64,000 nt of DNA from Plasmodiophora brassicae (Eukaryota). A program made the translations under genes and the position numbers. The notes beneath the pieces are model-generated. The model saw nothing but the letters and a program-made list of their open reading frames with translations. It was not told the DNA's origin and did no database searches. Shown one piece after another: positions 58,401 through 64,000 of this stretch (position 1 is the first letter of the stretch; each line of letters opens with the position of its first letter). The stretch lies in contig CP145416.1 of assembly GCA_036867785.1 (NCBI GenBank), forward strand, positions 496,001-560,000, written 5' to 3'.

Positions 58401-58914
58401 GGAAAAGAGGTATGAACAATGCTCCAGCCGTCAGGTGGACCAGCATGGCGTAGGCTTTCACCATGACAGCGACACGTTTGGCACGCAGGATCAGCACAGC
58501 CAGGATGATGAAACCGACTATAATGGAGTTAGCGCACATTGAGGTTGTGAAGGTAGGACGATACGTATGCCTACGAGCGATGCTGCCGACAATGGCAACG
58601 GCGATAACGGACGCAACGTCGCCGAGGCCGAGATAACCAACGAGAGGTTCGCCGAAGTAGCCGGTAAACGTGGCAATGGGCGCAGATTGAAGCTGACTCC
58701 ATGGGATGACCTGCTGGGGGACATTGCCGACGGCAAACAGTACGCTGACCAGCTGTACGGTCTCAATGACGACGTTTGCTAGTGCCGGGTACGTGGACGA
58801 ACCCGGCAGGTCGTTCAGTGCCAGAAGGACACCGACAATCCCAGCTCGGGTCTGCTTCAAGGTGCTTTCCACCCATGACATGACCGAGTCATTGTTCTCC
58901 TCGGACACTTCCAT
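52449..58914 (-). CDS. TmcB/TmcC-like large polytopic PAS-domain protein with an extra C-terminal multi-TM domain
   Basis: N-terminal TM block (HGR.D, PYYN), TPR-like region (FW..L, YSGFL..V..D), PAS domain (N..AC..LGYS..IIGKNIN..MPEPF..HD), acidic linker, further TM blocks; ORFs join through GT-AG introns. Confidence 0.75.
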
Positions 58915-59132
58915 GGGCGACCCGCTCGAGGGGATGGCGCCCCCGGGCAGTCGTGTACGTTCAGGGTGTGACTCGGGACATGGGTCAAGGTGACATGAAG
59001 CCCAAGCATACAGTGCCAGGTGCTCTTTGAACCCCCCTCCCCTCAAAAGCGGCACAGACAGTACCTGGAAGGGCAATCTACAGAGCACGCTGAGAGTTAA
59101 ACAAACGTCGTTAATGTATACATGCGATGGCA

Positions 59133-62100
59133 TCAGAAGTTGAAACGCTCGAGTGTAGCGCGAGTGTCCATGAGATCCTTTTGTGCTTTCTTTCGCCGGT
59201 AGAATATCGGACAGTCACGTGATGAGCACAGCACCTGTAATGTGTCAGAGCGAGTACATTATATATGAACCAGAACGCATACATCTTGATGAAGGGAACC
59301 TTGGCAGCGCTGGCACTGCGTCCACAGTCGGGCAAACAGGGCCTCAGCCTCGCGATGGTTCTGGACGTGCTGATCAATCAGGGCGGGCAGCCGTGGTGCA
59401 CAATGTTGGCAGACAGCACGCTCTACAGCACACTCGGATCAGGTCTGATGCACGATGCGACATTTGAGATATTGGCGACCGTTGTTCGATAGCGGCGTTT
59501 TACACCCCATGCAGGTCTCGCGAACGACGGTGAACTTCATCATGCCCCCTAGAACCTTCGACGGTGTGGAGATCTTCACTGACCGCATGTGGTCTCCCGT
59601 CAGAAGCTTATCGACACTACCGACAATGGGCTCGAATAGACGGCCAAGCGGGAGTTTCAACTGATGATCGAGGTAGTGCTGAGCGTCGATTGGAATGCCG
59701 TGCTCAAGGACCCAAATCGGATCTTCAGCCTTCTCATGGGCTTTAGCATCTGTGCATAGAGTTCATTGACGGCGGCCTGATAGATGACAAACGGACGCAC
59801 TCTTGGCGCCCTTGATAATGACGTAAGCAACTCGATCGCCAACTTGAGGTGCCGACGACGGATCGCGATTATGCATGCGACGAGCCAACTCCACGTGGGC
59901 CTGCTCTTTGGTCAGAATGGACATGGACACGTGCAATGCGTAACGAGCCTACCTGCTTGCCTGTATACTGGCCTTCTTTCATGGGATCCTTACCGAGTTG
60001 CTTCGTCAGAACCTGCCAGGAATCAGAAAAGCAACCCGAATCCGTGTAAAACGGGTTACCAATTGGCTCATGTCGATGTTGTTAGTCAGCAGATCCCCGA
60101 TTGTCTGCTTGGCATAGTCCAGCGCACCTGAATACAGATGTTACTATGGCAGCAGCGAAACGAAACGAATCATCGAAGGGACCTTGGACGTCACTATCGA
60201 CAAGGATCTTGTTCAGACAGGTAGAAAGGACGGTCTGCACCATCGGGCAATTATCACGACGGACTGTTTCAAGGCCCTTGACGTCCATCTTGCTCCATTT
60301 AACAGGATTTGTCCAGTGCAATCCTGCGTATCGCTTCTTGTTCATGAGGAGGAGCGGCTTGTACACCTAGACATGTCGGTCATTTTCTACAAATAGCATT
60401 CTGATTACTTAAAGCAAACCTTCTCGAACTCGAGGGATATCGGCTTTTCAAACTCCTTTGTAACAAGGTCTGCCGCTTTCTTGCCAAGTTCCATGGCTTC
60501 TTCGACTGTTTCAACACCAAACTGAACGAACACTGGGAGGTAGGCTCATCAGAAGGAGCAGGAACCAGACACGCTAATACGTCACCCGAATCAGTATCGC
60601 CATATATAACTTCGGCATTGTGTCGGAAGCCCTTCTCAACGGTGAATTCCCTTTCAACAATGGTCTATAGAGCAGGAATTAGCTTGATCCGGAAGACAGA
60701 GACGAGCAACGGAGACGAAATACTTTCGATTCTTCTATCATCTGTCGTCCAAATGCAGTAACCGAGGACGAGATTTCCAAACATGGCAGAGAGCCAACAG
60801 TAGCCCCAGTAAACCCATATACACTGTTCGCACTGATTTTAAGGGCCAGCTGACGCCCGTTGAGAACCTGAACGTTCACGACTTCAGCAATGACGAACCT
60901 GTATCGGTAAGAGAGAACTACCTGCTTCAGAAAAGAATCGGTCGCACTTGCCATGTCCTTCTTGGCGCGGCTACGTGCGGATATCAGGTCTTTGAGAATC
61001 CGGGGTAGGAGACCCTCTTTGACTACATACGATTATGTCATGGGAGAAGTCAACGTCGGAATGTCACGAGCATACCAGATCGTTTGACAAAAACGTCACC
61101 GGTTGGGGACCTGACATAGTCGCCCTCCGCCAGGCCCTGTACTTGGGATGGCGGGACCAACGTTGAGTAGCAGAAATTATGGGCAATCATAATCGAAGGA
61201 TACAGGGAGCTAAAGTCAAGTGTAGCAATGGGAAGCGTATAAAATCCCTTGCGAGGCTGTAACAAAGGAGTCATCACGACTACGATGTTCAGTATCAACG
61301 GTGCAACCAGACCTCCAGCACAGTCGCCCCTTCGTAGGTGACGTCTCCTTCGACACGGGGACGATTAGGAATGACGTACCCGTGCTTCTTCGCTTGACGG
61401 TACAATTGAGAGACGACCTTAATTTGCTGACCACGGGTGAGCAAGAAGGATATGGGGACCCCTGTCACACGCGCCATCTCGATGTGGTTAATAAGCAGCA
61501 GCAAAGAATCGCATAGCTTGAGAGGCAACAAAGCATCTTTGAGGCAGTATACTGCAAGTCGGCGACGCGTCTCACTTGTACCTATTTCGACACGATTAAG
61601 GTTAGAGACAAAGGGAGCAAACGCAGGACAGCCACGTTACCGTTGAAGAGATCTGTAATAATAGAATGGTGAACGTCCTCTTTTTGTTGTCGCAAGAAGT
61701 GAGCTGAAACGGCGTTCAGCGAATAGCTGCTAAGTTTATATTCGCGTTGCACAATCTGGAACACGTCAAACCTGTACAGTAACACGATTAGCAGACTGCC
61801 AATAGGATATCGCAACTTCAAAGGAGACTCACTGGATACGCCCGTCAATGTTCATATCTTTGGACTCGTGAGTACCAAATGCTTTTGAAGAGAACGTCGA
61901 TTCCTTGATCCGAGTGGGAGTGTTCCGTGTCCGGGAGAGAAACGCGAATTTCGGACACTTCAGGGTCCTTGCCCGGTTCAACAAGTATGGAAGATCGAAG
62001 TTAATAATGTTGTAGCTGTGGAATACACGGACCTGAGCGCTCGGCAAGCGAAACGGCATGCGTGACTAACCCAACAAGGATATCGGGGTCGGTTGCCTGT

Positions 62101-63566
62101 ATAAATTCCTGAGCAGACAATACATCAGCATGCAGTTTCGAAAACATTCTTAGAGGTGATACGACCTGCCAAGCACCAAGCAACTCGTTCTCAGACGTGA
62201 ACTCTACGACGTCGGCTCCTGCGATGGCAGAGCAGCTACCGAGCGTAAAGACCGTGTTGATCAGAGGTTTGTCACTGCCTTGGACCTGAGGGAATACAAT
62301 AATTAAGAATGTCAGGCACAACAACGCGAATCACGGGGACCTTCATTGTCGACGCAATCTGAATCACGGGGTCCAACTCAGGATCCGGGAACGTCTGGTG
62401 CGAAGAATAATAAGTCGGCGAATAGCGCCACGCTATGCAGCATACTAACGTCTTTGCGTCCGGCACATTCTATATCGAACGAGAGTATGCGGAGTGGCGC
62501 CAACCCGAGCCATTCCGGGTCGTCAATTGCCATTGCAGAAATTGTGTCGAAGTACGTGTCCACCTCCATTTGGCACGTCGATATGCTATCCTGAAGGCAG
62601 TTGTGCAGTCAGGTGCCGGTACTATAACAGCTCTGGATACCGGGCGTACTTTCACATGTCGGTATGTGCCCATTGGTAGTCGCACCCATCCGCCTCCCAC
62701 AATTTCAGTGTCGATCATGAACCTGCAGCAAACCGTTACAGGGAAGCAGAAACCGCCCGCCGTATGCCACTACCTCAGCTCAAACAGAATCTTCGACTCG
62801 TAAGTGACAAAGCTGAGCGACCGTTCTTGGTAGCGCAAACCCTCTTCGAGCACACGCCGCACTGATGTGACGACAGATTGCGAGCTGAGGTTCAGGCGCA
62901 AGTAATGAGTCTGCAGGACACGAAACCGTTAGCAAATAGCAGACGTGTGGCCATCACATCAAATAACCGCTTCTTCACGTGACGAATATCCCCAGATCGA
63001 CTGCTTGTCCACTGATTCCACAGACAGGACGCAGCCATTGGACGAGCCAATCGACCTCTGTAGGTGACTAGTCAGATGACGGTCACCGTCCATTGCGGAG
63101 CAATTATCGCTGACGTTGATGGCTTGAGCAAACGCGCCTGCATCCGCGGGAGAATATCCGTCCCATGCTTTGACGAACAAATACGGATGGAACCCATGAC
63201 AGTTGACAAGAACAGAATGCCCGTCTTTCGTGACGCCAAACAGACGGACGATAGGCCCCGACTGTTGCCGGCCAGGTTTCTGCAGCCAACCAGGAACCAG
63301 CCCTGCAGCCGTCGTCGTGTCGATCACTTGGAAATCTATCGCGGTCGTCGGTTTTCACACTGGGCCATCATCGTGCAATATGGGCAAGAGGTACCCATGT
63401 CGTTTCGGGCGAAGTCGAGGGTGCCCGCAGACGGTGTCGGTCGAGCCCATTGCGCGAAGAGACGTGTCCTGTCGACATGGTTGATCTGCGGCAGCCCATC
63501 AGCGGCAGCTAGCACGTGACCGCATCCCCATCACCAACGTACGTCGTCGAATCGGGTCGTCGCCAT
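59133..63566 (-). CDS. POLD1: DNA polymerase delta catalytic subunit
   Basis: [65 protein letters not shown]; CysA CMGC..CQHC; CysB CQRC..C..DCPIFY; roughly 20 short introns. Confidence 0.97.
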
Positions 63567-64000
63567 CGCCACCCAACAGCAGCGGATTCAGTATGGCGCG
63601 CGCTTTCCACGGTGCGACCGGCGGACCCGGATCCCCGGGTGGACGGGACGACACATAAACTGGGGCAGTCGCCGCCCCTGGGTCGGCACAACTACTACCG
63701 CCCCGAGTCACTCGAGCGGAACGGCACAAATCAGATCGATTTCTGGCCCTAAGACGATCTCCAGCCGGGTCCAGGGCGACAAGGAGCCCACGGGTCATCT
63801 ACGTGGCCCACGTTGTCGCCGTAGCGTTCTCCCTCGCGCGCGCGCTGAATAAAATACGACGAGGGGTTATAGAATCGTTCCGAATTCGGTGGGGGGCTAT
63901 TGGCTATGACCAGCCAATTTGTATGAACGTGCCGGTGCGGCGCGGCACGGGGCCAAGGAAAACGCCCCTGAACGGCGGCCACCCAGCGGTCTGGTCCTTC

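Noticed and set aside
59133-63566. Viral or Polinton family B polymerase
   Set aside because: Intron-rich with CysA/CysB motifs, so an ordinary cellular Pol delta.

Overview
Gene-dense eukaryotic (protist) DNA, not prokaryotic. Genes are split by many short (~45-70 nt) GT-AG introns, intergenic gaps are tiny, and GC is high. Flagellar genes (CFAP53, WDR54-like), a GABA-B-like class C GPCR and the compact style suggest a phytomyxid such as Plasmodiophora brassicae; this is an inference, not verified. About 30 genes can be supported, including PUS1, GCIP, a giant repetitive coiled-coil protein, the GPCR, ABCG, SF1/BBP, a C2H2 zinc finger protein, RRP4, Yippee, PTC7, UBA5, ECH1, ATX1, calmodulin-like, Mini-III-like, FNTA, MaoC, CFAP53, NARG2/ICE2-like, a TmcB-like PAS membrane protein and POLD1. 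The standout is an apparently intact 3,847-bp DNA transposon (23650-27496). It has perfect 17-bp TIRs starting CCCC, a non-canonical ATAA target duplication and palindromic subterminal repeats. It encodes one spliced ~1,051-aa piggyBac-type DDD transposase. A YqaJ/lambda-exonuclease PD-(D/E)XK domain, itself interrupted by a SAP-like motif, is inserted between the 2nd and 3rd catalytic aspartates. All family calls are by-eye motif recognition; no searches were run.
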